Of a DNA stretch of 64,000 nt, positions 62,818 to 64,000 are shown one piece after another (the first letter of the stretch is position 1; every line of letters begins with the position of its first letter). The DNA comes from Squalus acanthias. Its lineage: Eukaryota. A program made the translations under genes and the position numbers. The notes under the pieces are model-generated. The model saw only the letters and a program-made list of their open reading frames with translations, was not told where the DNA came from and did no database searches. The stretch is from contig JASTWF010000584.1 of the NCBI GenBank assembly GCA_030390025.1, positions 186,001 through 250,000 of the forward strand, in the 5' to 3' direction.

Positions 62818-64000
62818 GATGCACTCAGGAGACTCCTGCACTGCCTGCCTGGTCCACCTTGTCTGTCTGACGGTCACCCATTCCCTCTCTGCCTGCACAC
62901 TCTTACGCTGCGGGGTGACCACCTCCTGAAACGTGCTATCCACGTATCTCTCAGCCTCACGGATGCACCGCAGTGACGCCAGCTGCTGCTCAATCTCCAA
63001 AACCCGGAGCTTGAATTCCTCCAGCTGACGACACTTCCTGCACATGTGGATGTCCAGGACACGGGAAGCGTCCTGGAGTTCCCACATGGCACAAGATGTG
63101 CATTGCATGGGACTGAGGTGCCCTGTCATGTCTCTACTTAATAGACTATTAATTAACTTAACAGAAATAAACTCAAGACTTTAAAAAAAAAGAATCACCG
63201 GCTACTCACAAATCAGCTCCTTCCCTTGCGCTGACGTCACTTTACATATTTGACCTCGCTCCCTGACGCTCGCGCTCCAGGCTCTTGGGCCTACCTTTAT
63301 CTGCGGCCGCTCCTCTCGCTCTCCCGCAGGTCCACTCTCGTGCCTATGAACTTGGAGTCCTTGGGTTCTGTGGCTCCACTCCTCCTTTTCAGTTAGACGT
63401 CTCAACCGCCTTCTTCCTCTCCACCGAATTCCTGCTCTCACCAAATTCTTTCACTCTGCAGCTGATAGCTGTTAACTGCGAACTGCCACTGACCATGCAG
63501 TTTCTTGTATGTTTCAAGACAAAGCCAAATTCCAATCTGATGATTATTTACCTAACTTACCTGATACCTGCCAGTAAATTTCTCCTCTCCACCGATTCTT
63601 GCTCTCACCAAATTCTTCCAGTCTGCTTGCGATCCACTCCGATTGCATTCTCCCAGCTCTGTCTCCAAGCTCTGTGTTCAAGCTCTGCAACCAAGTCTTC
63701 ATAATGGCTATTAAATCAAACCCATTTATTTCTACCTGTGCTATTAATTCATCTATTATGTTGCAAATGCTTCGTGCATTCAGATATAGTCCCTTTGGCA
63801 CCCCATTCACCACCTTCAACATTCACTCCCTCCACCACTGGCGCACCATGTCTGCAGTGTGTACCATCTACAAGATGCACTGCAGCAACTCATCAAGGCT
63901 TCTTTGACAACATCTCCCAAACCCGTGACCTCCACCACCTAGAAGGACAAGGGCAGCATATGCACGGGAACATTATCAGCTCCAAATAGCCCGCCAATTC

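Larger units (their letters stand above)
58731..63796 (-). mobile_element. Inverted copy of the CR1/CR1 composite at 42244-44706, with later insertions
   Basis: Same 5'UTR, ORF1 and APE sequence and the same inter-element junction as 42244-44706. Confidence 0.85.

Overview
Vertebrate genomic DNA, most likely a cartilaginous fish (inferred from the SacSINE1/DeuSINE-like and HE1/V-SINE-like SINEs, esterase-ORF1 CR1 LINEs and Neptune-type Penelope elements). Almost all of the window is nested transposable-element sequence. The only host gene is a minus-strand Siglec-family (CD22/MAG-like) receptor at about 399-38500. I reconstructed it by hand as 5'UTR exon, signal peptide, V-set with the essential Arg, three C2-set domains, TM, and a cytoplasmic tail with ITIM and ITSM. 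It is disabled three ways: a frameshift plus stop in the second C2 exon, loss of that exon's splice donor, and a 7.7-kb CR1 complex that splits the terminal coding exon. Other highlights: (1) a full-length 4.46-kb PIF/Harbinger transposon with an intact three-exon Myb/SANT gene and a broken transposase; (2) at least six Harbinger-type derivatives or MITEs carrying promoter-like motifs, splice donors or hairpins; (3) Penelope-derived minimal hammerhead ribozymes; (4) a young full-length CR1 interrupted only by a CR1-tailed SINE; (5) three solo LTRs; (6) a probable inverted segmental duplication (about 42.2-44.7 kb versus 59.0-63.8 kb). All calls were made by eye. Boundaries of decayed repeats are approximate and family names need Dfam/Repbase confirmation.
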